Below are positions 1 through 12,624 of a stretch of 64,000 nucleotides of DNA, piece after piece (position 1 is the stretch's first letter; each line of letters begins with the position of its first letter). The notes below the pieces were generated by a model. That model was not told the origin of the DNA. It ran no database searches and worked only from the letters and a program-made list of their open reading frames with translations. The stretch spans positions 1-64,000 of the forward strand of contig JAAOMT010000563.1 in assembly GCA_016748015.1 (NCBI GenBank), given 5' to 3'. Source of the DNA: Geosiphon pyriformis uo1. Lineage: Eukaryota; Fungi; Glomeromycota. The position numbers and the translations under genes are program-made.

Positions 1-3000
1 TGCTGGCGCTGATGGTGTTTGTTCTGTTCTCTTTAGTGCTAGGAGGTCTTATTATGCATCCAAGCTTGCTGAGTCTTTGAGAGCTAAGAAAGCAGATATC
101 AGGTCTGTTATAGATAAGAGAATAAAGAGTTTTAAGGTGAATAAGGGTCACACGATCAAAAGTATGCTGGAATGACCCTTTTGCAAGATAGTTTTGGATC
201 ATTTGGTCGTGGGTAATGAGTTGGTTCTTAAGCCTGACTTGGTGAAATCCAAAATGGATAATATTATGGAAGGATGGACCAGGAAGCGTGTGGTGGTCGA
301 TGATGTTTTTGATACTTGGTCTTGTCAATACCGACCTTTGGACTATGTTTTTGATAAGGCCTTCTCTGGGGTGATGTGTGTGATTGATTTTGATGAGTTG
401 CATTGTGTGGTCTCTGATCTGCCTGATGGCAAAGCTGCTGGTCTTTCAGGTATCTCTAATAAGCTATGGAAACATTGTGATGAGTTAGTTTTGGGTTTGC
501 TTCTGGTCTTGTTGAATTCTTGTCTGTCTTGTGAATCAGTACCTGGTTCTTGGAAAGAGGCTTGGGTTTCAATGATTCTTAAGCCTTATGAATAGGAGGG
601 TGTTTTCACGAATACTCATCCTATTGCTTTGATCAAAACAGTTCGCAAAATTCTCTCCAAAATTCTTTCAGATAGAATCTCATTGGCTTGCAGCTCTTAT
701 GATGTCTTATGTGGTAACAATTTTTCTGTCTTAAAGGGTATAACAACTCAGTTACCTATTTTTGCTATTGGTTCAGTTATTGAAGATGCTCTGGAAAAAA
801 ACCGAGAGCTTTGGTTAGTTTTACAGGACATGCGAAAAGCTTATGATTCAGTTGGCTGGAAGCATCTTGAGAAGAGTTTGGTCAGGATTAAGATGTGCAG
901 TAAATTTATTCAGTTTTTTGGCAGTATTCATAAGAATTGTACCAACCGTATAATAACAAATTTCGGTTTGACAGAAGGCTATCATGTGCACAATGGCCTG
1001 GACCAAGGAGAGGTTTTTTCCTCCCTTTTGTGGTGTATTTTTTATGATCCTCTGTTGTGTAAAATCAAGCATCAGAAAAGTGTGTACGAGTATAGGTTGA
1101 ATTCTCATTTTGTTTCCAAAAGTGGTCATACCGAATCTCAGACTGGGCTCTTTTCTTTTTTTGCTGCTGGTGCTTTTGTCAATGATACAATCTGGGTTGG
1201 TAGCAGTCAAAATGCTACTCAGCATATTCTCAATGTAGCTAGTGAATTTTTTCAAATTAATGACATTTCAATCAATAATGACAAGACAGTGGTCATTTTC
1301 ATCAATAGCAGGGTTAGTGTTCCTTTTTTCTCTATCAGTGGCTTGCCGATCTCTATCACCAAAAAGAGTAAATCTCATCAGTACTTGGATATTTTTCTCT
1401 CAACTGAGAGTCTTTTAAAGCCTAGTTTGGCTAAGGCGAACTCAGATGTTTGTTTTTTTACCAATCTGGTTCTGAGGAAGGCAGTTTTGGATAAGCAATT
1501 TTTGTATCTGGTGTTAGCAGTCCTTCATTCTATAATTAGCTATAGAACACAGTTCAGCTTTGTTTCTGTTGGTATGTGCACCAAATGGGATGCTCTGATT
1601 TGCAAAGGCTTGAAACTTAAATCTGGTCTCCTGCTGAATTTTCTTAGTAATACAATTTACTATTCTTCTTTTTATGGTTTAAAGTTCTTTTTGCAGTATC
1701 AGTCAGAATGTAAGGTTGTTTCACTTGTTAGTTTCACAAACTTTAGTGGGATTTTGGGGCGTTTGTTCAGTCACAGGTCTCATGACTTGCAAGTTCTGTG
1801 TTGATGACTGATCCATCTATTGATCTTTTCTACTCGTATTTGTGTCAGTGTTTCTAATAATTTCTTGGCTGGTGTGGTTTCCATTCTTCTTGACTGCAGA
1901 CTGTCTTTGGATGGTTCTTTGGCCAGTACTTTCCAGTTTTGCAGTGGGGTTTTTATGTCTGTTGTTCTTGGCAATTCTTTGTTTTTCAAGTTTTTGCCAT
2001 CTCTTCAGTGTTATGACGTTGCCTTCATGGACCAGCTTCGGGATTGTTATGGTGATGTTTTTAGCTGGCTCACCTTTAAGTGGTGGAAGAGACTAGATCC
2101 TCATGGTCCAGTCCCTAAGTGGTTTGAATGTTTAGTCGAGTTCTTTGTGACTTCCCATTCTTCTCTCTCAGTCTCGATTGGTGTTGGTCCTGTTGACATT
2201 TGTGGTTCTGATGATTTTATGTTTGTATGTGATCATCTTTCTCAGATTGGTGCTGATAGTTTGTCTGTGTATACAGATGGGTCATTGAAAAATTTGGGCA
2301 TGACTGATTGTAGAGGCAGAGCTGTTGCCTTTTTTGAGGATGTTAACTTGGGTCTGAGTATCAGTGTTTGGGGTTTGGTGTTATCTACTTTGGTGGAATT
2401 GCAGACTATAGCGTTGGCTCTGGAGTGTGTACTTGCGGCTCATTCTGTTCATCTGTTTTCAGATAGTCAGGCAGTCTTGGATGCTTACATGTCAGAAGTT
2501 AACTTGGTATATCCTGACTTTTGTAATCAATGTTGGGTCGAGTGCCAGCATATTAGGAATGTTATTTGCAGTAAAAATTTAAGGGTTAGCTGGCACAAGG
2601 TTAAGGGTTACTTTGGTGTGTTGGGAAATGATCGAGCTGATAGTATTGCTAATGCTACGACTCTCTCTGATTGGTTTCTTCCTTCTTGTATTGATGAATA
2701 TTTTTTGTTGGCAGATGATAGTATTATCTCTAGTAATTCTAGACACTTTGTTCGAGATGTTTTTCATGTTGTTTGTTGGGCACATTGGGAGGTCGGTTCC
2801 AGTTCTGGGTTTCTACTTGGGGATTTGCACTTGGATGTTGATTGGCCTGGTTTTTCCAAAGTTTGGCATCCTGATTCACATATGGCAATAAGTTTCACCA
2901 GCAGGCACACTGCCAACACTCGTACTTACCTTATGAAGACTTTGCACTGTCAGCTTCCCGTGGCTGTTCAAAAGTGCGTTTATGATAGATGTTACCTTAG

Positions 3001-3684
3001 TGTTTTGTGTCTGTATTGTGGTGAAATAGAGGTGTTTAATCATGTATTTTCTTGTGTAATTAATGATTCAGCTCGTCGTTGGGTTTTGGAATCCTGTATG
3101 TCTTTTTGGAAAACACTTTCTGGTCTTTCTCTCTTTTTTTTAAGTGTATTGCAGCTGCTGTCAACATGTGTTTTAGATTTCCTGATTTTCTTGGCTCTTT
3201 ACAAGGATTTTGTTTTCAAAAGATGGATTCAGAAGGCTGTTTTCATCTTCCATGATCCCAAAGTTGCTAGCATCAAGATTGCTGATTTTGTGTGCTCTTT
3301 TTGTGTCACTTTTAGAAATAACATTTGGTTGGTTTGTGCCAAGCATCGTGCATACATAGAAAAAAATGACCTGATTTTTGTGAATGGCTCAATTTCCGTC
3401 TCGGTTTCTGGTTTGGTTTTGAGATTCTCAGATGGTGTGATTAAATTGCTTGGTATTGCTGAAGCTTTTGGCATCCATTTTGGCTTTCACAAATCTTGTT
3501 CTTTTTTCTCAGATATTGGTGATCCAGTTTCTGTTAATATAATTACATAGTGTTATCCTGACTGGCTTGAATGGCTGGTTATATGTAGAAAGTGCATGAT
3601 TTGCACTTAGTTTAGATCATTTCTTTGATGTATAATTCTAAGTAGTGTTTGAACTTTACTCGTTAAATGTTAATAAAAAAAAAA
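1..3684 (+). mobile_element. LINE 1 (non-LTR retrotransposon), 3' part only; runs off the window start
   Basis: Degenerate ORF2 with RT, RNase H and C-terminal CLYC-x7-H-x3-C, then the conserved 3' tail 3548-3670 and poly(A) ending 3684. Confidence 0.93.
194..3550 (+). pseudogene. LINE ORF2 (RT + RNase H + CCHC), broken by in-frame stops
   Basis: RT motifs LQDMRKAYDSV, GLDQGEVFS, AGAFVNDTIW (decayed FVDD); RNase H motifs YTDGS, ELQTI, FSDSQ, WHKVKG..GNDRAD. Confidence 0.92.
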
Positions 3685-6030
3685 TTTTGTTGTAATTATA
3701 AAATAAAATAAAATATATATATATTTTTTAAATTCAAATTTATTAATATATATATTAAAATAATTTATAAAACAATTTTGTAAGCTAAAATAAAAAACCA
3801 AACAATAAAATCAATTTTAGATTTAATTATTTTTATAATTAACAAATTAATAATTAAAGTGATAATATTTTTATTAATAATTTTGTTTAGTTTTTTGTTT
3901 TTTAATTATTGTTTATAGTTTTAAAATTAAGCAATAATAATATTAATAACCTAATAAACAAAAATAAATATTTTGAAAAAATAAACATATTTATTTATAT
4001 ATATTTTTTATTTTTAAAATATTAATATAATTTGGTATCTTAAATAATTTTAAAATTTATAATAATATTGATTTTAATAAAATTTTAATTTTTTTAAACT
4101 TTTATTGTTATTACTTTTTTTAATTTTTAATTTATAAATATATTAGATTAAAAATTTTAATTAAAAATTTAATAATATATATAAAACAATTTTTAAGTAT
4201 TTCAAAGTTTTTTTTATTATATTAAAATAATATTTAATTTAAAAAAAATTATTTATTTTTAAGTTTTTTTGTTTTATTATTTAATTATTAATAGTATTTA
4301 TTTTTTTGTATATTTATATTTTTAAGAATTATTGATTTTTTTTAAGTATTTTTTAATTTATAATATTAATAAAATTTTAATAATTTAAAATTTTTTGTGT
4401 ATAAAGTTAAAAATTGTGTTATTTAAATTAATTTGCTAGTTATGGTTTTTTTATTTATATATTTTATAATTATTTATATATATATTTACAAATAGAAATT
4501 TTGTTTTAAAAAAATAATTTACTTTAATAATTTGACTTTTTATATTTAGTATTATTTAAACTTTTAACAACATTAAATTTAGCATTTTATTTTAATTTTA
4601 ACAAAAAAATATTTTATTAATAATTATAATTAATGTTTTTATTTGAATAATTAAATAAAAAAATAAATAAATTATTATAATAAATTATGACATAATTTAA
4701 TTAAAACCTAAATTAAATATAAAAAAATGTTAACAAATTAAGAAATATTAATAAAAAATAAAAATTATTATATGTAATTTAAAACAAATTTTATTATATT
4801 TTAATATTTTTATAATACAATTTAATATTTTAAATTTGTAATTATATTTTAAAAATAGTTATTAAAAAATACAATTAATTAATATGTTTTTAATTTAAAT
4901 CTAGTTATTTAAATTATTAGTTTTTAGAAAAATAATTTATTGAGTAAATTCAAATTAAATAATTTAATTTAATATATATAAATATTAATATATTTAAAAT
5001 AATAATTTAATTATATATACAGCTTTAAAAAAAGTATTAAAATTATATTAATTAAATATTTAAACAATATTATCTATAATTTATGTTTACTATTTTATAA
5101 TTTATTATCTTTGTTTTTTTAAAACAAATATTTAAAAATCATATTTTTTTAATAATTAATTGAAAAAATTTTGGTTTAATTTTAAAATAATGATTTTACT
5201 ATTAATTTATTTTATTTCTTGTATTTTAAATAAAAATTTTATTTTTTTCTTAAAATATAATACTAAGTTAATTTTTGTTTATAAACAAATATTAATAATA
5301 TTATAGTTTTTTTATTTTACAAATTTTTTTATAATTCTTTTTTTGTATATTATAAAATAAATTTATACAATTATGCTTATTCTATAGTTAAAATTATTGT
5401 AATATATAATACAAATATTATCAAATCAAACTATTATTATTAAATAAAAAGTTTTAAATTTATAATTTTATTAATAATATTATTTTAATAGTTTATTATA
5501 TATATAAAATCTTAATTTTTTAATATAAATATTCAAAAAAATTACTATTAAATTAAAATATTTATTTTGTAAACAAATAAAATTAACCAAAAATTTAAAA
5601 TCAAACAATTATTATTATTATATTGTTATTTAATAATAATACAAATTTAAATACTATATTAAACATTAATAATAATATAATTATATTATTAATTATATAA
5701 ATTTATTTTATAATATAAAAAAAAACATAAATTTATAAAAAAATTTATAAAATAAAAGAATTATAAAGTTATTATTATTTGTTTTTAAATAAAAACTAGC
5801 TTAAATATATCTTTTAAAAAATAACAATTAACTCTTATTAAAAACATAAAAAACAAATTAAATTATCAAAAAACAATTAAACTATTATATTAAAGTTGCA
5901 TTAAAAATTTTTTAATTAGTTATTAAAAGTTATAAAATAGTAAACATAAATTGAGATAATATTATTTGAATATTTAATTAATATATAATTAAATTTTTAT
6001 AAAAAAACACAATTAGGATATGTAAATTAT
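3685..6030. repeat. Extremely AT-rich tract made of decayed repeats
   Basis: Very few C/G; contains a long inverted repeat and segments shared with 38893-40720. Confidence 0.75.
5045..5985. mobile_element. Decayed foldback/MITE-like element with ~300-340 bp inverted arms
   Basis: Reverse complement of ~5050-5110 matches ~5925-5980 (ttataaaatagtaaacataaatt..gataatatt); reverse complement of ~5281-5375 matches ~5691-5790. Confidence 0.6.
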
Positions 6031-6143
6031 GTTATAAATCTCAAAAAAGAACTCTTTGTCTCCTTAATTTTATGACCACAACCAGAGCAAAGAGTAAAAA
6101 AGCTGCACCTGATATTTGTCCTGAGATATCTAATAAAATTTCA

Positions 6144-8464
6144 AAAAAAAAAAACTCTTTGTCTCCTTAATTTTATGACCATGACCAGAGCAAAGAGTAA
6201 AAAAGCTGCACCTAATATCTGTCCTGAGATATCTAATAAAATTTCAACCAGAAAAGCTCTCTCTGTTGTAGAAGCAACTAGGCAAAATGTTTTAGAAGCA
6301 ACTAAGTAAAATGTTTTAGAAGCCTTCCTTTTACCCAGTAATCGTGATAAGCTGCTTTTGGTAGCCACTGAAGCAACTTCCTCATCTTTGGCTGGTTTTT
6401 CACCAGTCAAAGTTCCCTCAAAGAGACACACCTGAGTTAGTCCCAGTGTTGCCTCCACCCCAACCAAGAGCCCAAAAGTTTTTAATAATAGACCAGTAAA
6501 TAAGCTGGTATTTCCCTCCATTGCTTCAACATCTGGTGTTGCTAGCACTTCTTTTTCAAAAAAAATGATCAAAAAGACCAAAAGTTCAGAAAAGTGGAGG
6601 CAGTCACTTGTCTTTGCTATTGTTACACTGAACCTCTTTGTGGTTCCCAATGAGATCTTAGATAAGATCTCCATAGTATCATCTAGTATGTCATCCAAGA
6701 TGGGCCAAGATCAACCACTGGCTGTGTTGCCAAATGTGGTGTCTTCTGACAGATCATCGCCAGTAGTGAAAGCAAAACAATCTCCTCCTATTGGGTCACC
6801 TGTTCTTGAGAACTGGGCTGATCAAATGGAAACTGATTCATCTTCTCCTCTAGTTTTTGGTGTTACTTCTGGTGGTGCTTGGGAAACTATTACTAGTCAT
6901 CAAAGGTTTGCTGGGTGAATGGCCTCCACTCTGGTGCCTGGTGCTACTTTTAAGATCAAATTGGCTCATGTTAAAACTGTTTTTCAGTCTGTGCATGGTT
7001 TCTTGGGTGCTAAATCTGTTTCAAAAGACAATGTGAAGCTTTTTTGTATGGAGTTTGCTTCTTAACTGTCTTTGGAAGCTGCATTTCTAATTGAACTTAC
7101 AAGCTCTGTTCATTTGACCATTCTCAAAATTGCCAAGTCTTTGGTGGTTTCTGAATCTGGCTCCTTTTCTGCTGCTGTTACACTACATAATGTACCTTTG
7201 GGTGTGTTTGCTGCTGACATTAAGTTGGCTCTCAGTGTGTTTGGTAGTGTCACTTATGTTGTGCTGAAGCCTGCTGGTATTTGGCAGTATGTGGTGGTAT
7301 ATTTTGAAAAGTTGGACTCTGCTGTGTCTGCCTTGAAGCATTGGTCAGTCTTGATGGACAAGGATAGTGTTAGAATTCTCCCTCTGGTGAATTAAAATGA
7401 GACTATTTTGTTTTGTGATAAGTTTAAGGCCAAGTTGGTCAACCTTCCCTCTGGCTGTACTGCTTTTGAAATCAGTGATATGATTTCTCAGATTGGTGGT
7501 TGAACATGTTTCATCCCTTGGTCTCCTGATTCTGGTCATCGTTCCCAGTTTGCTTTGATTACATTTGACTCTCAAGGCAATTTAGATTCTGCTGTAGTCA
7601 AGACTGGTACTCTAAGGAAATACCATATCTGGTGAGAAACTCCTGGCTGCCGGCGCTGCTTTAAGTGTCAAGAAATGGGCCATCTGGCTGCAGATTGCAA
7701 GATTTCTCCACCTCCCACTCCCAAGGTTCCCAAGGTTTTCAAGTCTCGTTTTGTGGGTTCTGCTTCATATGCTAAGACTGCTGCTCCTTCTAGTATTTCT
7801 GAGTTTCCTTCTTTAGTGGCTTCTTCAGCTGCTTCTGCTGCTGATCCTATTGTTAATTCCAGGTTAGACTTTTTGGAAAAGCAGATTTCGGATTTGGCTG
7901 CTCTGGTTAAGTCTATTGTTGAGCCTGTTGATTCTTTGATTGCTTTGATGTCTCGTCTTCTTGATGATAATGCCATTAAGGCTGTTCAGGTTGAGAAAGA
8001 TATTGTTTCCATGAAAAGTGCTGCTAACAATTTTTTTAACCTTATGGTTGGAGTTTCTAAAGACATTGCTTGTCTTAGATTTGAGGTTGACTTTGGTGAT
8101 ATAGATTATAATGGTGTTTTGGCTGCTAAGCCTTCCTTTTTAAGTGAGGACACTATTGAGTGTGTTATTGCTTTGTGGCAAATGTCTGGTGCTGAAACCA
8201 GAGGCAATATTGAGTCTATTAGATTGTTTTTTAGTGAGTTTATTTTTGACTCTAGGAATCTGAATGGTATTATTGAGAGAATTCGTGGGTTGGGGTTATT
8301 CTCACCTACTTTTGATTCAACATAGTGAGTCCTTGATTGGGCCGAGTGTCTGATCACATGTAGAAAATGCATGATTTACGCCTATAATGTAATCCCTTCT
8401 GTGGTATCATAATTTAGGTAGTATTTAGGTCTTGCTTGTTAAAATATAATAAAATAAAATAAAA
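6144..8464 (+). mobile_element. ORF1-only non-autonomous LINE copy B, inserted in the 5' end of copy A
   Basis: Same short 5' UTR (actctttgtctccttaatttt-ATG), same ORF, 3' tail 8323-8464; TSD AAAATTTCA at 6135-6143 and 8465-8473. Confidence 0.85.
6175..8325 (+). pseudogene. LINE ORF1-like protein (~715 aa; RRM-like repeats, CCHC knuckle, coiled coil), in-frame stops
   Basis: ORF fragments 6565, 7072 and 7675 share one frame; CFKCQEMGHLAADC; heptad segment RLDFLEKQISDLAALVKSI. Confidence 0.82.
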
Positions 8465-8473
8465 AAAATTTCA

Positions 8474-10526
8474 ACCAGAGGAGCTCTCTCTGTTGTAAAA
8501 GCAACTAGACAAAACGTTTTAGAAGTCTTCTCCTTATCCAGTAATCATGATAAGCTGCCTTTGGTAGCCACTGAAGCAACTTTCTCATCTTTGGCTGGTT
8601 TTTCACCAGTCAAAGTCTCCTCAAAGAGACACACCTGGGTTAGTCCCAGTGTTGTCTCCACCTCAACTAAGAGCCCAAAAGTTTTTAATAATAGACCAGT
8701 AAATAAGCTGGTCTTCCCCTCTATAGATTTAACACCTGGTGCTTCTAGCATCATCTCTTCTAAAAAAATGGTCAAAAAAACCAGAAGTTCAGAAAAATGG
8801 GAGCAGTCACTTGCCTCTGCTATTGTTACACTGAACTCCTTTGTGGTTCCCAATGAGATCTTAGATGAGGTCTCTATAGCATCATCCGGCATGTCATCTA
8901 AGATGGGCCAAGATCAACCACTGGCTGTGTTGCCAAATGTGGTGTCTTCCAACAAATCATCACCAGTAGTGAAAGCAAAACAATCTCCTCCTATTGGGTC
9001 ACCTGTTTTTGAGAACTGGGCTGATCAAATGGAAACTGATTCATCTTTTTCTCTAGTTTTTGGTGCTACTTCTGGTGGTGCTTGGGAAACTATTACTAGT
9101 CATCAAAGGTTTGCTGGGTGGATGGCCTCTACTCTGGTGCCTGATGCTACTTTTATGATCAAATTGGCTCATGTTAAAACTGTTTTTCAGTCTGTGCATA
9201 GTTTCTTGGGTGCTAAATCTGTTTCAAAAGACAATGTGAAGCTTTTTTGCATGGAGTTTGCTTCTCAACTGTCTTTGGAAGCTGCATTTTTAATTGAACT
9301 TACAAGCTCTGTTTGTTTGACCACTCTTAAAATTGCCAAGTCTTTGGTGGTTTCTGAATCTGGCTCCTCTCTTGCTGCTGTTGTGCTGCGTGATGTACTT
9401 TTGGATGTGTCTGCTGCTGACGTTAAGTTGGCTCTTAGTGTGTTTGGTAGTGTCACTCATGTTGTGCTGAAGCCTGCTGGCATTTGGCAGTATGTGGTGG
9501 TATATTTTGAAAAGTTGGACTCTACTGTGTCTGCCTTGAAGCATTGGTCAGTCTTGGTGGGCAAGAATAGTGTTAGAATCCTCCCTCTGGTGAATCAAAA
9601 TGAGACTATTTTGTTTCGTGATAAGTTTAAGGCCAAATTGGTCAACCTTCCTTCTGGCTGTACTGCCTTTAAAATCAGTGATATGATTTTTCAGATTGGT
9701 GGTCGAACATGTTTCATGCCTTGGTCTCCTGATTCTGGTCATTGTTTCTGGTTTGCTTTGGTTACATTTGACTCTCAAGGCAATTTGGATTCTGCTGTAG
9801 TCAAGACTAATACTCTAAGGAAATGCCATATCTGGTGGGAAACTCCTGGCTGCTGGCACTGCTTTAGGTGTCAAGAAATAAACCATCTGGCCGCAGATTG
9901 CAAGATTTCCCTACCTTTTACTCCCAAGGTTTCCAAGATTTTCAAGTCTCGTTTTGTGGGTTCTACTTCATATGTCAAGACTGCTATTCCTTCTGGTCTT
10001 TCTGAATTTTTTTTTTAGTGGCTTCTTTGGCTGCTTCTGCTGCTGATCTTGCTGTTAGTTCTAGGTTAGACTCTTTGGAAAGCAGATTTCGGATTTGGCT
10101 GCTCTGGTTAAGTCTATTGTTGAGCCTGTTGGTTCTTTGGTTGCTTTGGTGTCTCGTCTTCTTGATGATAATGCTGCTAAGGCTGTTCAGGTCGAGAAAG
10201 ATCTTATTTCTATGAAAAGTGCTGCTAACAATTTTTCTAATCTCTTGGTTGGGGTCTCCAAAAACATTGCTTGTCTTAAATCTGAGATTGACTTTGGTGA
10301 TATGAATTATGAATATATGCTGGCTGCTAAGTCTTCCATTTTAAGTAAGGACACTATTGAGTGTGTTATTGCTTTGTGGCAAATGTCTGGTGCTGAAACC
10401 AAAAGCAATATTGAGTCTACTAGATTGTTTCTTAGTGAGTTTATTTTTGACTCTAGGAATCTGAATGGTATCATTAAAAGAATTTGTGGGTTGGAGTTAT
10501 TTTCACCTACTATTGATTCAGTGTAG
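8474..10526 (+). pseudogene. ORF1-like protein of copy A (frameshift in the T-run near 10010)
   Basis: 485-aa ORF plus 143-aa C-terminal ORF, near-identical to copy B; CFRCQEINHLAADC. Confidence 0.82.
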
Positions 10527-10785
10527 TGAGTCCTTGATTGGGCTGAGTGTCTGATCACATGTTAAAAATGCATGATTTACGCCTATAATATAATCTCTTT
10601 TATAGTATCATAGTTTTAGATAGTATTTGGGTTTCACTTGTTAAAATAAATAAAATAAAAATTATGTTAAACCAAAAAAACTTCTTTCTCTTATTCATTC
10701 CAAATTCCCAAAAAGAGCCAAAATAATTTTTTGAAAGAAGTTTTTTCTGTTTTTCATCATTCAGTATGCTAATTCTAAACTATTT

Positions 10786-12624
10786 GTGCTTAATTACAAA
10801 GCCACTATTGGCCCTAGTATTGCAGTTCTAAACAGGTTTATTATGAAGCCTAGCTTCAATATTGGTGTCAAGTCTGCTAAGTCCAGAAAGAAGAGAAGAG
10901 GTGGTGCTTTGGAGGATAATATTGGTAATAGAAAATTTGCTGCTGCTAAGGTATCAAGTGGTCATTCTTGGAGTTCTAAAACCAGTGATACTACTAAATC
11001 TAATAGTGTAGATATGGAGGAGAAATGTTTAGTTGAGGAAACCAGCTTTGATCATGGAGATAGTGGAGCCTTTGCTGGAGAGAACTCAGAGCAAACACCT
11101 AAAAGTTCGAAGATTCTTACCAAAAGGGTGCTTGAAAAACCACTGGGGAAAATTAACTTCTTGGGTAATGATCTTGATGATATACTTTTGGACAAATCTG
11201 TGGTTCTCTTTTCCCCTTTGAAGAACTTGGTCAATGTTTCTGTCAGGAAGTCTTTCACTTTGGATATCAATTTGGATAATATTGTTAGAAAATCTGCTTA
11301 GAAAAAGCTTATGATTGTTAGAAAATTGTTTTCAAAAATCAATGGTTTTGAAGGAGCCTCTACCCCCTCAAAATTTGCTGGGATTGTCAGAGCAACATTT
11401 ACTTCTGAATTGAGTTTGGCACAAGCATCTAAAAAAGCTGAAAAGGCAAAGATCTTGGTAAACTCCGATCTTAAAAAACCATCTGGGCATTCAGATTAGA
11501 CTGTAGTATTAAAGAAAATTCCAATTGGTACTTCAACTGAGGCTGTATGTGCTGCACTATCTGAGTTTGGTATTATTAAGTTGATCAAGATACAATTAGT
11601 GAGGCTGTGGCAAAAAGCTGTGGTTGAATTTAAGCAGGTTAAGCATGCTGATTTGGTCACAGCACACTGGTTTATTCTGATTGGGAAGGATGCTGTGTGC
11701 ATTGCTAGATCTGATGTGGACAAAGAATTATGGGATGTGTGAGATGTTTACAAGGCCCTTTTGTACACTCTTCCAATGGGAACCAATGCACATAATATTT
11801 GGGATTATGTTGTTTCAGTGGGTGAAAAAACTTGTGTAATCGACCATCACCTAGTTTTTTATGCCCGGGCCAGGTGTGCTACTGTCTGTTTTGATTCTGC
11901 TGAGTCATTGGATGCTGTCATAAAAACCATGTCTGTACTAAAGGAAGCCAATCTGCACTGGTCTTGTCTTGTTTCAACCAAGTGTGCTAAGTATAGAAAA
12001 TTGGGCCATACATCATTGGTTTGCCTTGTTGGTGAGAAAAAGAATGTTTCTTCTGGTGCTTTTTTATGTAAAACTCTCTTGGACTTAGATAAAAATAGAC
12101 TGGCTGCCATTTATACCAAGTGTTCGGCTCCAGTTGCTCATTCTGTTTCTTTTGGTGGCATCTTATGGGCACAAATTGCTAATGGATCTTCTTTCCCTCC
12201 CCTTCCTGTTCAGAATGTTTTGTTGAAAGCTGGCTTCTTTTCGGAGATGAAGCCTGCCCCGCTAATGTCTTTGGAGTTGGATAATAGGTTTGCTGCTCTT
12301 GAGCACAGTCTCACCAGCCTTGCAGAGCGTGTTGACATGTTGGCTAATAAATTAAAAACACCTGAACCAATGGTTTTCCAGCTTAGCCCTGAACATTAGC
12401 TGTTGGTGACCCTTTCATCACAGAATCAAGAGGCAGATATAGTGATAAGTAAGAGTTCAGGTGTAGTCACTGATGGTGAGACTGTTGTGGGAGTGGTGGT
12501 TTTCAATCCTGCAGTTATCTCAAAAATGGAGGAAACTTTGAACAGTCTTTTACTTATGGTTATGAATCTTTCAGCTAAATTGAACAATGCTGGTTTGGTT
12601 TTTATTCCTCTTTCTTCTCAATGA
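10786..12624 (+). pseudogene. LINE 2 ORF1 (RRM-like repeats, decayed knuckle, coiled coil)
   Basis: Fragments homologous to the intact ORF1 at 59932-61785; ends SSQ-TGA overlapping the ORF2 ATG. Confidence 0.85.

Larger units (their letters stand above)
6035..10660 (+). mobile_element. ORF1-only non-autonomous LINE (HAL1-like) copy A, split by copy B; pieces 6035-6143 and 8465-10660
   Basis: ORF starts MTTTRAKSKKAAPDICPEISNKIS at 6072 and resumes TRGALSVV after 8473; LINE-type 3' tail 10524-10660; TSD AAATTATGTTA at 6024-6034 and 10659-10669. Confidence 0.85.

Noticed and set aside
3555-3600. Hammerhead ribozyme in the LINE 3' tail (CUGA...GAAA)
   Set aside because: CUGANGA core is not present, and CUGA and GAAA lie in a stem and a hairpin loop rather than in junctions
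3685-6030. Mitochondrial insertion or centromere core as the source of the AT tracts
   Set aside because: No organellar genes, tRNAs or satellite periodicity seen; decayed TE modules explain them better
6268-6322. 24-bp tandem duplication in half-LINE B
   Set aside because: Copy-specific slippage, absent from copy A, and the second unit contains a stop
6141-6698. Antisense ORFs over LINE, half-LINE and Gypsy coding regions (e.g. 6141-6698, 8545-8892, 38423-38845, 60905-61315)
   Set aside because: Shadow frames expected from strand skew; no recognisable motifs
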